A DNA stretch of 64,000 nt, taken from contig OX597816.1 of assembly GCA_951406725.2 (NCBI GenBank), positions 102,486,001 through 102,550,000 of the forward strand, read 5' to 3'. The notes under the pieces were generated by a model. The model did no database searches. It saw nothing but the letters and a program-made list of their open reading frames with translations, and was not told the DNA's origin. Source of the DNA: Octopus vulgaris (lineage: Eukaryota). Positions 38,585 through 52,164 of this stretch are shown piece after piece (the stretch's first letter is position 1; each line of letters starts with the position of its first letter). Position numbers and translations under genes: made by a program.

Positions 38585-39093
38585 TATACATATATTAATA
38601 AGGTGGTTGACTGATAATATACATGCGGTGAACACAACATTTGTTATTACATACATCACGGGTTAGGTAGGTTCGATTCATCTGGCTATAACAATGCGTA
38701 GACTTTTTTTTTTATAACTATCTTAACCTGTACTTCACTTTTCCAACGGTAAGAATGTAGATGAAGTCAGCAGATTGTCTAGTATCGTCCAAATTAACTT
38801 AATCTGCGCAAAACCGGTTGCAAACTCACTATACATATCTTGACAAAAGTGGCAATCCCCAAGTATATTTTACACATTGTGATTAGCAATTGAATAGTTA
38901 TAACTGCAGTCTCTATGCAATTGCGAATACCATCGAATTTCTGACAGAAAAAAAGTAATCCAATAACACGATATGAAAAATGGTAAGTTGAAACGGCATC
39001 TCATAGAGTGTTTTCAAATGTGGGTGTTGTTGGAGTTTCCTAAATCATTGAAGCGTAGTCAAGGAAAGCAGCCTAACACAAAGCAACCAACTA

Positions 39094-39192
<99 letters not shown>

Positions 39193-40011
39193 TGCCATAT
39201 TTAGTGGTTGAACAAAATTCGTTTATTGCATTTTGCATATTTTCCGTTTACTTTTTTTACAATTAAATATTTTTATCAATAAAACTACTCCATGGCGTCC
39301 CTCTTAATTTATCAGAAATTAATAAAGTTAGCTTCTGCATACAACATTTGCAACAATGATTGGAGCAAAAGTTACATTTCAAGGGGAGTATATATATTGT
39401 ATGTATTATTGTATCTGGGGGATGTGCAAATAATTCAAGGGGAGTGTAAATTATATGTATAATAGTGGCTTGGGAGTGACAATTATGCGTATAATAATGA
39501 CTGGGGAGTGCAATATGTGGGGAATGCACATAAAATGAAAGAAGATTAACCTAGTTGCAAGAGTAGCATATGGTGCAATCTCCACGCTAAATGCTTCACT
39601 GCAGTGCTATACTACCTTCAACTTTCATGAACGAATGTGTTTATTGTTGATTCAGTACTCGGAAAACCTCCGATATCCGACGTAGTTTAGATTAAATGGA
39701 TCCCAGTAACCAAACTGAATGACAACGGTAAATGACTTAACTACATTTTTGCCGGTCGCTTATAAATTGATCCGCCATTTTATTTGTTTCGATGCATTAA
39801 ACTCATCGCATAATAAATGAGCTTAATTATTATTTTGCTCATAAATAAAACTAGTTGGATAAATTAGACTATTACGGATGTAATACAAACACTGTAATGA
39901 TAACGACCCCCATTAAATATAATCCGGATCTTTGAGGTAGGAAACATTTTGTTGTGTACGCTGTCTACTTTAAAATTTAAGTGGTAAGCAGAAATAATAA
40001 GTTTACATTAA

Positions 40012-40440
40012 TTCTTTCTACTATAGACACAAGGCCTGAAACTTTGGTGGAGGGGCTAGTCAATTACATCACCCCCAGTGCCCAAAAGGTACTTATTTTA
40101 TTGACCCCGAAAGGATGATTGATAAAATCGACCTCGCCCGGATTTAAGCTAAGAACGTAATGAGTCATAAGAAATGCTGCTAAGCATTTTGTCCGGCATG
40201 ATAACGATTAATATAACATTAAAATAGTCATATCCGAAGGTGACGAGCTGGAAGAATCTGTAGCAAGCCGGACAAAATGTTTGGCGGCATTTATTCCGGC
40301 TGTGTCTTCTGTCTCTGACGTCAACTTTTGCCTGCCATTTTTTGGGGCTCGATAAAATAAAGTACCATTTGAGCACTGGGTTCGATATAATTGACTAGTC
40401 TCTTTCCGAAAATTCCAGGCCTTGTACCTATAGTAGATTG
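40012..40440. mobile_element. Two divergent (head-to-head) SINE family B copies
   Basis: Minus copy ~40012-40200 and plus copy ~40238-40440, each with a CAGGCCTTGT..CTATAGTAGA tail. Confidence 0.75.
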
Positions 40441-40549
40441 AAATGTAGTCATTTCTCCAAAGATGGACCACAAAAACATTATATTAAGGTTAAGAAACAT
40501 GACAGAATATTTAAATTATACGAAATTCAAGTTGTTGCAATAGCAGTGC

Positions 40550-41111
40550 TAGGAGGTTTGACCAAAAAGTATTGGAACTGATGCTATGAAAAGAAAACTA
40601 CAACACTTATCATTTCGGCATTTAATTTCTTTCGAAGTAGTCCCATTTGGAAGCTACTCAATTTATCCAGTGTCGTTTGCATTGGTGGAAGCTTTCTGGA
40701 ACGCCTTTTTTGGGGATAGTGAGCAGCTGCCACGTTGCATTCTCATGGATTTCCTCCACGCCTTGAAATTTTGCTGGGATTTTTCGCTGCGAACCCTGAG
40801 CCTTGTTTTCGGAACCATAGCCATAGATCCACGCTTCAGCACCTGTTATGACCATTTTGTAAAAGTTTTCATCTTTCTCGACATCTTTCTGTACAAAATC
40901 CTGTGCAGCTGAAACCCGATCTGTTTGAAACGAGCACACTTTACTTTATTTCCAAGCACTGTTACAAACAACGGAAGTGAGCGAGAACGTTATAACTTAG
41001 TGTGCATGCGCGACAGAGTTCAAAGTCAATCTATGCCAAGCAGCTTTACTCTGCGTACTTTAGTTCCGTTGCGACAGCAACAGTCACGATACCCTTTGAT
41101 CAGACATTGTA
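40550..41111 (-). mobile_element. Internally deleted mariner
   Basis: VITGAEAWIYGYGSENKAQ (ITGDETWxYxYDPExKxQ), ESFHQCKRHW; degenerate TIR-like ends. Confidence 0.75.
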
Positions 41112-41663
41112 TACAATGGTTAATTTATGTAATTTTGTAATATTTAAGTTTTTATGCTTTTAAGTTTAGTTTACATCAAAATCAGAATCTACTGAGAAAG
41201 AGTTCATCCATTTAAATTCCTCGCATAATTTACTGTCTAAGTCGTCGTCCTTCCAGGTCAGACATTTAAATATTTCATTTAAGTATCGAGATTTACGTTG
41301 ATAAAATAATAAATAGTAGAACTCTTTGTTTTCATTTTCTCTACTCCTCCACGCTCGCTATATGTTTTTACACACATCTTCACACATACATACGTACATA
41401 CATACATACATACATACATACATACATACATACATACATACATACATTACATACATGCATACATACATACATACATACATTACATACATACATACATACA
41501 TACATTACATACATACATACATACATACATTACATACCTACATACATACATATGTATATACGAACTTACGTACATACATACGTACGTATGTACTTATATA
41601 CATAGTACGTACGTACGTACGTACATACGTACATACATACATACGTGCATACATACGTACATA

Positions 41664-41702
<39 letters not shown>

Positions 41703-42249
41703 TACATACATACATACATACATACATTACATACATACATACATACATTACATACATACATACATACATATGTATATACGAACTTACGTACATACATACG
41801 TACGTATGTACTTATATACATAGTACGTACGTACATACGTACATACATACATACATACGTGCATACATACGTACATAATACATATATATATATATATGCA
41901 TACATACATACATACTTATGTCTTTATATATAGTTTACTAGCCCATGATAGTATCATATAATATACACAGAATTTTAAAAAGGGCTACTAATAGTTTCAT
42001 GTCATAAAGATACAGTAACTTGGCATTCTTGTATAGCACGCCATGTGTCTTCAAGCAACCCTTCAGGCTTAATGCATACCTTTAGACCTATTTGAAAACC
42101 AGGGCGCTGGTCTATGAGAAAACATGAGAGAAAAAAAACGAGAAATAAAACGTGAAGGTTGAAGCAAAATGCTGAATGAGAAGAAATAAAAGAAAAGTAA
42201 GAAAAGCAAGATCTATGTGTCCTTTGTCTGTGGAAATCATAACTAATCT

Positions 42250-43420
42250 AGCTGGTGAAGAATAATAGATCAGAGAGGAAGCCAAAGTCTGTGAGATAGC
42301 AACTCAATCTAGAGAGGGTGGCATCCTCCAGTTTATCCATATATTTATCCATATGTTTGTATTTGCTATTAGTTTTGGATCTGGAATTAAGTAGCGTGTT
42401 GGAATTCTTGGATATAAAAAGAATGTGTGATATTTCAGCTACACATAACTTGCATCTGCTTAATTCATTTATATACGGCATAGATTTTTCCATGATTTTC
42501 CACTTGAATGTATGTGGTGTGCAGTTAGTCGTTAGACCCCATACATTTCTAGCCAGCTTAACATTAATTTTATCAATGTGTCGGAGAGAAAACTGATGGT
42601 TTGCATAACGACTTTTAAAATTGCCTTCGCTTAGACTGACGTAATTTTTCTAATCGATTACATTATCTTGAAGCACTACTGTGTCTTCGGTTTCATAAAC
42701 AACTGCGTTTATCAAATACACCTGACGGAACGGGCAAGCTTCAGGGTCTCAGAAGTTACAAATGTGAGTGGGCTCTTTGTGTGACTTGCGAGGGATAATG
42801 ATCTTCCTTGTCAATTAAATTTTTTTGTATTTGTGTTTTACTGGGAAATGTTAATACCAGCAATTTCTTGCCTGTGTTAGTTTTGACATTTAAAGAGAAA
42901 GTGGGGGTGAACCACATTATTTTCCTGGGTCTATTGTTAGGCCATTTTTGGCTTCATATTTTTAACTTAAGGGTTATATGATACTTTATGATTGAAGCCG
43001 CTGTTATCTCGGACATTGCTAGAAAGTGTTGCCTTAAATGTTCTATTACTGATGTTGACTATCAGGTTTTTTTAACACTATGGGGTGGGTAGGTGACAGG
43101 ACTGTTTATGTGTATATGTGAGTTTCTCATTCTGTTTATGATAGGCTCTATAAGAGTATGAGTTTAAGTCTGTCTGGGGAAATATCTAAGAAATCAATTT
43201 TGGACAGATTAGTATATCCAGTAACTTTGAAGCCTAACAGTTTAAAGGTATTCATGAATTTTTCCCTAAAGTTATCGAGTATATGTCCATCACAGTCGTG
43301 TGATATTTCCAAACTATCGTCATTGTCGTAGATTTGGAACTTGGATCTCAGAGTATCTAATATATAGAGACATACAAGTTCACTGATGCCTGCACTACCA
43401 CACGATCTCATCGATATATC
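42250..43420 (-). mobile_element. Penelope-like element: RT C-terminus, Cys-rich linker and GIY-YIG endonuclease (decayed)
   Basis: ISELVCLYIL, IYDND (YxDD-like), IDFLDI; then C..ACP..AVVY..NYVSLSEGNFKSRYANHQFS..FKWKI..CKLCVAE..LLNSR. Confidence 0.8.
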
Positions 43421-44659
43421 AAACAATTATATATACACACATAAATACGCACGCACACATGCACACACACATGTGTGTTTATGGTGTGTATACATATAAA
43501 AATGTACCATGTATGTATGTATGTATGTATGTATGTATGTATGTATGTATGTATGTATGTATGTATGTATGTATGCATGTATATGTCTATCTATCTATCT
43601 GTCTATCTATCTATCTATCTCTATCTATCTGTCTGTCTGTCTGCCTTCCTGCTTGCCTGCCTGTCTGCCTGTTTGTCTGTCTGTCTGTATGTATGTATAT
43701 ATTATAAATGTAAGGTAAAATTATGCTTTTCTTGCTTTGCGGCCTCCCCTCGTCCCTTTTTTCCTTATTCTCGCATTGTATTTTTTCTGTCACTCTTCTC
43801 TCTTTCATGATTTCTCCTTATCTTGTAATTTTCCCCCACCCTGAGATATAATTAAAGTGATTTTGAACGTTATTTAAAATAGATTGTTAAAAACTGTGTT
43901 TCTCTCATCACACACACACACACACAAAATTTTAGATAATCTGGAAAACAGCCATAAAGTTTGCTTCGTATCACTAGCTGAAATACAATATGCACAAGTT
44001 CACGAATATATATAACTTTTACCAAAATATATTGATGTTCAGTATGTATTATATTTTACCAGCTATGGTATATATGATATACCATATAAATCAATGTCTG
44101 CTGTGATGTATTTTTAGTTTTAAATTAAGTTTGTCTACTTTGAAAGAAGATTCCATTTTTAATGGAGCGGTAAATCCTAGCATGTATCAAAACAGTTTCT
44201 TTTTCCTTTTTTGCTAATATATCGAAACAAACACTTGATAAATTATAATGAAGTATTGGTTTCAAGGCACTATTGACTTTTTTGGTTTCAGGTTTTATTT
44301 AATTTCTTTTTGTTTATTGGCAATACTGCTGTTGATTTTACCGATTGTTTTCTTTCATTATTTAAACTATATTTTAAAGATTTTTTGTTTCTATTTACAC
44401 TATTGCTGCGGAATTTAATGACGCATGTATGAAATTTTAAATCAACCTTTAGGTTAAAAGTAATTGATAAAAAAAATCCTACATACCATGCCACATATAT
44501 CTCCACCAAATTACATTGGTCACACAACTTCGCCCTAAGGGGAAATAGTTTTTTTCCTGAGTCACAATACTTTATTTGTCTATAGTTCCCATGAGTTAAA
44601 TTATGTCGTCAGCTTCCATAATTTAACTCGTAGGAATTCATATAGTTAAGTCCTCTTAG

Positions 44660-45250
44660 TCAGTGATATTTATAACCATTGGACCTCTCCAGATGAACAG
44701 TTCTGTATTTTCCAGCGTCGAAACCGTTATGATTCTGGATTATAGCGCTGCTGATGAGGGAATTTTCACGCTTTTTGTTGTCTTTTTCGTTAACTGTTGT
44801 CCCGCACGCCACTCTTCTCTCCTTCAAACCGAATACAAATTGCTGCGGTACCCACTTGGTACACACTTCCCGATCCCCAAAGTCTTCCACCGTCTGCGGG
44901 CGATTTGTGTTACTTGTCACAGCTCATGGGCTTCCATGGCGTTTTTTTGTTCTTCTGCTTTCCAGAACAGGCTGGTCTCGTACCTCCACCACTTAAGTAC
45001 CCCGATCACCCCATCTCTTCACTTCTCATCACATTTGATGCGTCCAACCCAACTTTATCCGCACTAAGTGCTATGCCTAATCCTTCATCACCAGAACAAC
45101 GGCTCTCTATGATTTTCTCCGACACATAGCTTTCTTGCAGGTGATGAGCTGTAACAATTCAAATTGAACATTAACACCATCCCTGCTCTCAAGTTATCTA
45201 AAAAAATCTTTTTTCCTGACTCGGTAAGTAAAAAGAAAATCCAATTCACT
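44660..45250 (-). mobile_element. Mariner relic
   Basis: EVCTKWVPQQF...KERRV (WVP motif); boundaries approximate. Confidence 0.6.
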
Positions 45251-45606
45251 GTCTTAAATGGCGCAATACATATACGGTCGGTATTAGGAAACGGGGATGA
45301 CTTAGTAGCATGTATCATGCTTTCGTCTTAAATGACTGAGTATTTGCAAGGAGACATAGATACTCTGTCGGCTCTCCCACACTTGACTCAGTACAACGTT
45401 TAGGATTCGATGTCCAGTGGGACAGAAAGCTGTAACAGCAGCTGAATGCTACATATTTTCAGTTATGTAGGTTGGAAGAACGCAGAACGAAGTGCCTTGA
45501 TCAAGGACAACCGGCTGTTCGAACCAGAAAGTTAACTCATGATCCCACTATCATGTGACGAAATAGCTCACTCTCCCCCTTCCCTCCCTCTCTTCCCCTC
45601 TATCTG

Positions 45607-45698
<92 letters not shown>

Positions 45699-45719
45699 GC
45701 TATCTATCTATCTATAGAT

Positions 45720-45862
45720 TGGTAAGTAGGTTGCTTACCAACCACATGGTTAGGGTTCAGTCCCACTGCGTGGCACCTTGGACAAGTGTCTTCTTCTATA
45801 GCCTCGGGCTAACCTAAGCCTTGTGAGTAGATTTGGTAGACGGAAACTGAAAGGAGCCTGTC

Positions 45863-45864
<2 letters not shown>
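45720..45864 (+). mobile_element. SINE family A, 5' half
   Basis: GGTAAGTAG..GCTTACCAACCACATGG..GGTTCAGTCCCACTGCGTGGCACCTTGGACAAGTG...CCTGTCG followed by (TA)n. Confidence 0.85.
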
Positions 45865-45919
<55 letters not shown>

Positions 45920-46072
45920 GTGAAATAGAAAGATGAATAATCTTGTTGCAGATTAATCAAAAGTTTAACCGATACCTTGGTAGCAAAAATCACAGCAGAA
46001 GACAGCACGGTTGGAGGTACAACCATATGGTGTTGCAACCGTGCGTTGGTGCGGATAATTGAATTTTAATAT

Positions 46073-46199
46073 TATTAGTGAATTGAAGAAATGGAGTTGA
46101 ACGAAGATTGACAGAAATCGTTTTATTGTATTCTACAATAAAATGCAATAAAACGATTTCTGTTCAATCTTCGTTCAACTCCATTTCTTCAATTCACTA

Positions 46200-46202
<3 letters not shown>
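46073..46202. repeat. Near-perfect inverted repeat, ~60-bp arms, ~9-nt spacer
   Basis: TATTAGTGAATTGAAGAAATGGAGTTGAACGAAGATTGA... mirrors ...TCAATCTTCGTTCAACTCCATTTCTTCAATTCACTAATA. Confidence 0.93.
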
Positions 46203-46293
<91 letters not shown>

Positions 46294-46303
46294 TGTATGT
46301 ATG

Positions 46304-46410
<107 letters not shown>

Positions 46411-46599
46411 ACTAAGCAATAAAGGGTTTAGCAACGAATTGCCTTACCACAGACCGAATTTAGAAATAGCAGTCAAAGAGTTATAGCTATTTCTTCTACT
46501 AAAAAGGGAGATCTCAGTAAAAATACAGCAATTGGAAGGCAGACACAAACAGGTAAGAGAGAATGAATTGACGGCAATCTATCATACAATTTTAAGTTA

Positions 46600-46699
46600 T
46601 CTACGGACGCACGTTTCGAAATCAAGTTTTTAGGAAAGCATAAGAATTAAATATTAAATAATTCTACCTTACCCAAACTTCTTTTCTCTTCAGCGTAGA
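46600..46699 (-). ncRNA. Canonical type I hammerhead ribozyme with extended stem II
   Basis: Reverse complement: TCTACG-CTGAAGA-GAAA..AAGTTT..AGAATTA[loop]TAATTCT..AAACTT..TTTC-GAAAC-GTGC-GTC-CGTAGA; 6-bp stem I, all core residues intact, GUC cleavage triplet. Confidence 0.85.
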
Positions 46700-46860
46700 A
46701 TACTATAATCATAAATGATTATATATTGAATTTTGAGATACTAGAAGGCACCAACTCAACTCAGTATCAGAGCGAGCTAGAATCCGCAACTAGTATCACC
46801 AAATTCAAAGTGTGACTGAAAAGATTGTGTCACCAGCCCCTTCCCACCCGCATATGTATA

Positions 46861-47315
46861 GAGGGTACTATTATTCATAGGTACCGCACGCTAGGAGGGA
46901 CTCTTGCAGTAAAAACTACTAAAATAAACAAATTGTACCGAATGCAAAACTTCAAAGCAAGTAATTTAAAAACAGAATTTAGTTACATATCACCTTACCG
47001 AAATGCATTGCGAATAAGCCCGCCATTTTCATAGATATGTAAAGATAAACATTCGTACATGCTACGACGAATTCTACGGTTGGCTGTCGGGTATGCTATA
47101 TTGTGTTTTTTCCTTACATGTCTTGAGTTCGTTGCACTGAAGAGCATAGAATGCATATTCTGCATTGATTGCGAAATCACAGGTAATATGTAAATAAATT
47201 CTGTTTTTAAATGACTTGCTTTGAAGTTTTGCATTCGGTACAATTTGTTTATTTTAGTAGTTTTGACTGCAAGAGTCCCTCCTAGTGTGCGGTACCTATG
47301 AATAACAGTACCCTC
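46861..47315. mobile_element. 455-bp MITE with ~120-bp TIRs, GAG termini and TATA flanks (Sola-like?)
   Basis: GAGGGTACTATTATTCATAGGTACCGCAC... mirrored by ...GTGCGGTACCTATGAATAACAGTACCCTC; TATA at 46857-46860 and 47316-47319. Confidence 0.85.
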
Positions 47316-47433
47316 TATATAATATAAATAAATATTTTCAAAGTGGAAAAATTTACAGATTTTTTCTCTTACGAGGTTTTTCACGCTAACTACTGATAAT
47401 TTCTTATAAAGATATTATCCTTAATTTTAAATA

Positions 47434-47510
<77 letters not shown>

Positions 47511-47541
47511 ATGTATATATATATATATATATATATGTGTG

Positions 47542-47620
<79 letters not shown>

Positions 47621-47629
47621 ATGTATGTA

Positions 47630-47812
47630 TATTCGCTAACCACTACACACACTGTAGTTTCTCTCCTTGTTACTTTCTGCGTTCCTTTCTGTAGAAGAGC
47701 GTAGGCTCGAAACGTTAACGATTTTTTCACTTCCCGAGCATTAAGCTAATACATCTGTTTGTTGTATACACCACCTGTCTTCGTCTTTTATTTTTGTGTG
47801 TGAATTCTCCCC
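47630..47812 (+). mobile_element. Short repeat with a variant hammerhead core, related to the 16790-17030 element
   Basis: TTT-CTGTAGA-A-GAGC GTAG GCTC-GAAAC-GTT-AA (47686-47718); same downstream TTCC.GAGC layout. Confidence 0.55.
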
Positions 47813-47829
47813 CTATATATATATGTATA

Positions 47830-48052
47830 CCTGTGTGTGCATGTTTGTGTGTCTGTGTTTGTTCCCCCCCACCATCGTTTGACAACCGATGCTGGTGTGT
47901 TTGCGTCCCCGTAACTTAGTGGTTCGGTAAGAGACAGATAGAATAAGTACTAGGCTTACAAAGAATAAGTCCTGAGGTCGATTTGCTCGACTAAAAGCAG
48001 TGTTCCAGCATGGCCGCAGTCAAATCACTGAAACAAATAAAAGAATAAAAGA
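47830..48052 (+). mobile_element. SINE family A, 3' half
   Basis: CATCGTTTGACAACCGATGCTGGTGTGTTT...CAGCATGGCCGCAGTCAAATCACTGAAAC. Confidence 0.85.
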
Positions 48053-48071
48053 AGAAAGGAATATATATATA

Positions 48072-48301
48072 CAGGATTGGCCAAAAGTCACTCGACAGTA
48101 AATCAAAATTCAATAAATACTATCTGTAATTCTGTATTGACTCGAATGGAAAAATGTGTGGCTCAAGGACTTCAGTTCGAACAATTTTCATGATAATTCA
48201 TATTTAGATGTTTTTATTAAGTTCATTCAGTTGTTGAACATAAATACATCTTGGAATTAAATTGTTTTCATTTACTGACAGGTGACGTTTGGCCAACCCT
48301 G
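48072..48301. mobile_element. Tc1/mariner-type MITE, 230 bp
   Basis: TIR CAGGATTGGCCAAAAGTCAC..ACAGTAAA / TTTACTGACAGGTGACGTTTGGCCAACCCTG with TA TSD. Confidence 0.85.
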
Positions 48302-48332
<31 letters not shown>

Positions 48333-48658
48333 TGTAAAGCTTAAAACTTAGAATACCGAATGCCACGATGTCAGAAGAATCAGAACTTTCAACTTTGGAA
48401 TATTTTAGGGAAGAATAATAAAAAAATTATCTTAAAACATTTATTTACGGTTTTAATAGAGGATTTATTTGTGAACATATAAGATTCACTTTTTACCTTA
48501 TACTATATTAGAATAACAAAGACAAGCCGGATATGGTGAGCATATTTACTTACAAAGAATAAATTAATGAAAATGTATTGCAGACATACGATATCGAAGA
48601 CAAGCGAAAATTTGATTTATTTATCGATTTTTTTCCGTGCTTTAAATTCTTTCATTAG

Positions 48659-48777
<119 letters not shown>

Positions 48778-48989
48778 TTTGTCTTTCAGTATAATCATAA
48801 ACACACAGAACGATTAAAAGACTGCAGTTTGATTAACCAAGAGTGTATATTGACTTATCTGGCTATCTGTCTGCTTTCACTCTTTCAATACTTAATAACA
48901 ATAATAACTGAGTGAATCTAGAGTGCCTGTTTGGTGGTAGGACGAGAACTAGCTTTGATGAGCAGAAGCCATCGTAGTAAAGGTTAAAT

Positions 48990-49760
48990 TGGCAGATAGA
49001 TGAGACAGTATGTCTGTCGGTTACCGGTAGGAATGCGAATCAACTGTGTAGCGTGTCGCTTGATGCGGCCTAGTATGTAAGGACATGTCGTGGTAGCAAC
49101 ACTGTCCAGATGTGAGAACAGTAGTCCATTTTAGGCCTCACCTGAGAGTTAGTAGACGTCGGGGGGGGGGGTAAAATTATTTTCTTGGCTTGACGAAAAG
49201 CGATTGCTGTAAAACTAGTTGCTCTCTGCTTACGTTCAAGTGAAATAAAGACAATAATATTTTCTTATGTGCAGTGTTTGAGTGTTTTTGCTTCTGAAGG
49301 ATAGAATATTTGTCTGACACCATTAGAAGTTTGTGAGTTTTCTGCTAGCGTAGATCTGGTGTGAAATGCCTCGGATGCAAAAAGATGAAGGTTGAGTGCG
49401 GAGGATTAGGGAGGAATGAAAGTTGGTGTGATCTGAGGATTGTTAGAGGTGACGGGAGTTATGTCATTGATGATAAGAACAACAGTTATGTGTAAGAAGT
49501 GAAAACAATTCTCAGCACTGTAGGGTTGATATATTGTAGGTTACAGAGAAGTTCATTGACATGCGCACCAGACATGATCGACAGCTTTGCTGCTGTCGAG
49601 AGCAATAATATTGCTTTCGCTAGATTTCTCGAGATCGAGAGCTTAGTGTTGATTGATGTAGAATATGTCTCCACCATATCTGTCTTTATGATAACTGTAC
49701 AGACGGTTGTTAAGGAGGAAAAGCATTTCTCCATGGGGTGGATTGTTATCCACCAGCTTA
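48990..49760 (-). mobile_element. Highly decayed APE-class LINE RT relic (Jockey/CR1-group-like)
   Basis: ESNIIALDSSKAVDHVW (LDISKAFDxVW) near 49565-49620; QVRPKMDYCSHIW...ILGRIKRHA near 49050-49145. Confidence 0.7.
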
Positions 49761-50179
49761 GAGATACTGAAAAAGAGTGCGAAATGGCGGTAGTTGGTTA
49801 GGTTGGAGAGTAGCCATTAAAGAAGTTTCCATCAAAGAAGAATATATGACAAAGTCAGAAAAAGACTCGTTTTTGTTTCTGGGGTTATTTATTCTGGGCT
49901 CAGTCCTGATTAATCAGTGATAAGATTAAAGTCTTACCCGTCATGATCAGAATATGATTGTTGTGCGTCGATTTAAAATGTTTATCAATAACAATATTTT
50001 CGACACCGTGGGATGCATTACGAGGGAAATTTACTTGCTATTTCTGGCAGATCAAGCGATAGTGTAGGACCTTCTACATTGTCTCGTAATTTTCTTAGTT
50101 TTAACTAAAGGTTCATTTTACTAGTTTAGCCTCATCACTGGCTGAAAAGATTCATAATCAAAAGTTTCTCTTCATAACC

Positions 50180-50236
<57 letters not shown>

Positions 50237-50409
50237 CGGCATTTTGTAACTAGGACTACATTATTTAATGTTCTCTTTCTTTTTTAGACAATGAGATGCA
50301 AACTCGAAGTAGAAAAGCTGCTATTTCGGACAGGTCAAGCGAACACATATAAAGTCAGAAACTAGGTCATAATTCACCGCCTAACCCCACTATCGACAAC
50401 TGCACTATA

Positions 50410-50575
50410 ACTATAACGTCAGCAATGTTCAGCCCCTATAATACGGCGTCTCTTTCACTAGCTTTCCAATAATAAATAGATTTCAGAGTGACGTGATGCG
50501 CATGACTGAGTATATTTGATGGCAGCCATTTTTTCCTCCTATAAAGCATGAGCATTATTGCAGTCACGTCAGCAT
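50410..50575 (+). promoter_or_regulatory. Putative promoter/enhancer motif cluster
   Basis: TGACGT 50489, TGCGCATG 50497, GCCATTTT 50525, TATAAA 50540, ACGTCA 50566 and ~50416 in apparently non-repetitive DNA; no downstream gene seen. Confidence 0.35.
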
Positions 50576-50883
50576 CATGTGTAGCAGCATCTTCAAAGGG
50601 GTTCTCCGTTTTTAAATATTCCTGGCTGTTTTGTAGGCTTTATTCAATGTGTGTATGTGTGTATGTGCATGCGTGTGTGCGTGCATGCGTCTGTGTGTTT
50701 GCGCATATGCTTGCGCGTATGAGTGTGTTTGCTCGTTTCATTTTAACGTGCGTATAATTTATCTTCTCTTTAAAGTTATGAATGTGAGTGTTAATAGGCA
50801 TAAACACACACACACACAGACACACTCATATACATGTATACATATATATATGCACATACATATACATATAATACACACACAAA

Positions 50884-50935
<52 letters not shown>

Positions 50936-51817
50936 AACAGATATTTGTATAGGAAATAGGCGCAAATGTTGGTGTGTATTGCATACATACTCATACACAT
51001 GCACGTATATATCGATTTATAGTTGTATATATGCAACTTTCCGTTTATGGCATCTCTTTATTCAAAACATTTTAATACATATATACGCCTGAAATCTCTC
51101 TCTCTCTCCTTTTCTCGCCCTCCCCCCTCTGTCTCTCTCTTTCTTTCGCACACATTCACAAAAAATATAGATAAATAACACTCACATGCGTACTCCTTTC
51201 TTTTTACAGCAACACTGACATATATGCATATATGCAAACGTACATATACTTTCACACAAGCATACATATATACATGCATTCATATACCTACATATATTTA
51301 CACACACACATACACGTGCCCGCACACGCGCGCATACATGTATTATAAATTCATGCGCGGAGAATATGGTTGCTGAAACCGCGATACGTACATTTTGCAT
51401 ATACATATGTGCGTCACATGTGTATATGTTTCTTTGTAAATAAGTAGTTCTTTGGCAATCAATGGAAATCGTACCGATACGCTGATGTCTTTCTACGTGT
51501 TCTAAAATAAATGCAATTTTTTTTGCCTTTAAATAGGCATTAACCTGGGCTAGGATTGAAAAGATACGCTAATGTAAAAAGAGTTTTGTGTATATGCGCT
51601 TGTATGCATTTGAGAATGTGTTTGTGCGTGTATATGTGCATTTGATGCTTTTTTTTTTAATATATGTGTATGTGTATGGATGTGTCTGTGTAGATGAATA
51701 TATACGTCTATGCGTATATGTGTGTGTGGATGTTTAGGATAAAACTATTGATATCCGTTTGAGCCCGTGTATGTTTTTTTGTATCCAAGATAAAAATCAC
51801 GTTGTTGCGTATTATAT

Positions 51818-51851
<34 letters not shown>

Positions 51852-51881
51852 GCATGTGTGTGTGTACGTATATATGCATGT

Positions 51882-51919
<38 letters not shown>

Positions 51920-52103
51920 CGAGAAAGAGAGAGAGAGAGAGAGAATGTGTGAGTGCTTGACACATGCACACTCTTAAAAACAGCAACTAAGATAGATTGG
52001 ATAGATAAATAGATAGACAGATAGGCAGATAGATGTGTAGATAAAAGAGGAAGAGAAAGAGAGACAAAGCGGGAAGACAGAAAGATAGATGCACACATAG
52101 AAA

Positions 52104-52164
<61 letters not shown>

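Noticed and set aside
41394-41920. ~218-bp duplicated block
   Set aside because: Ordinary duplication within a compound TACA/TACG microsatellite.
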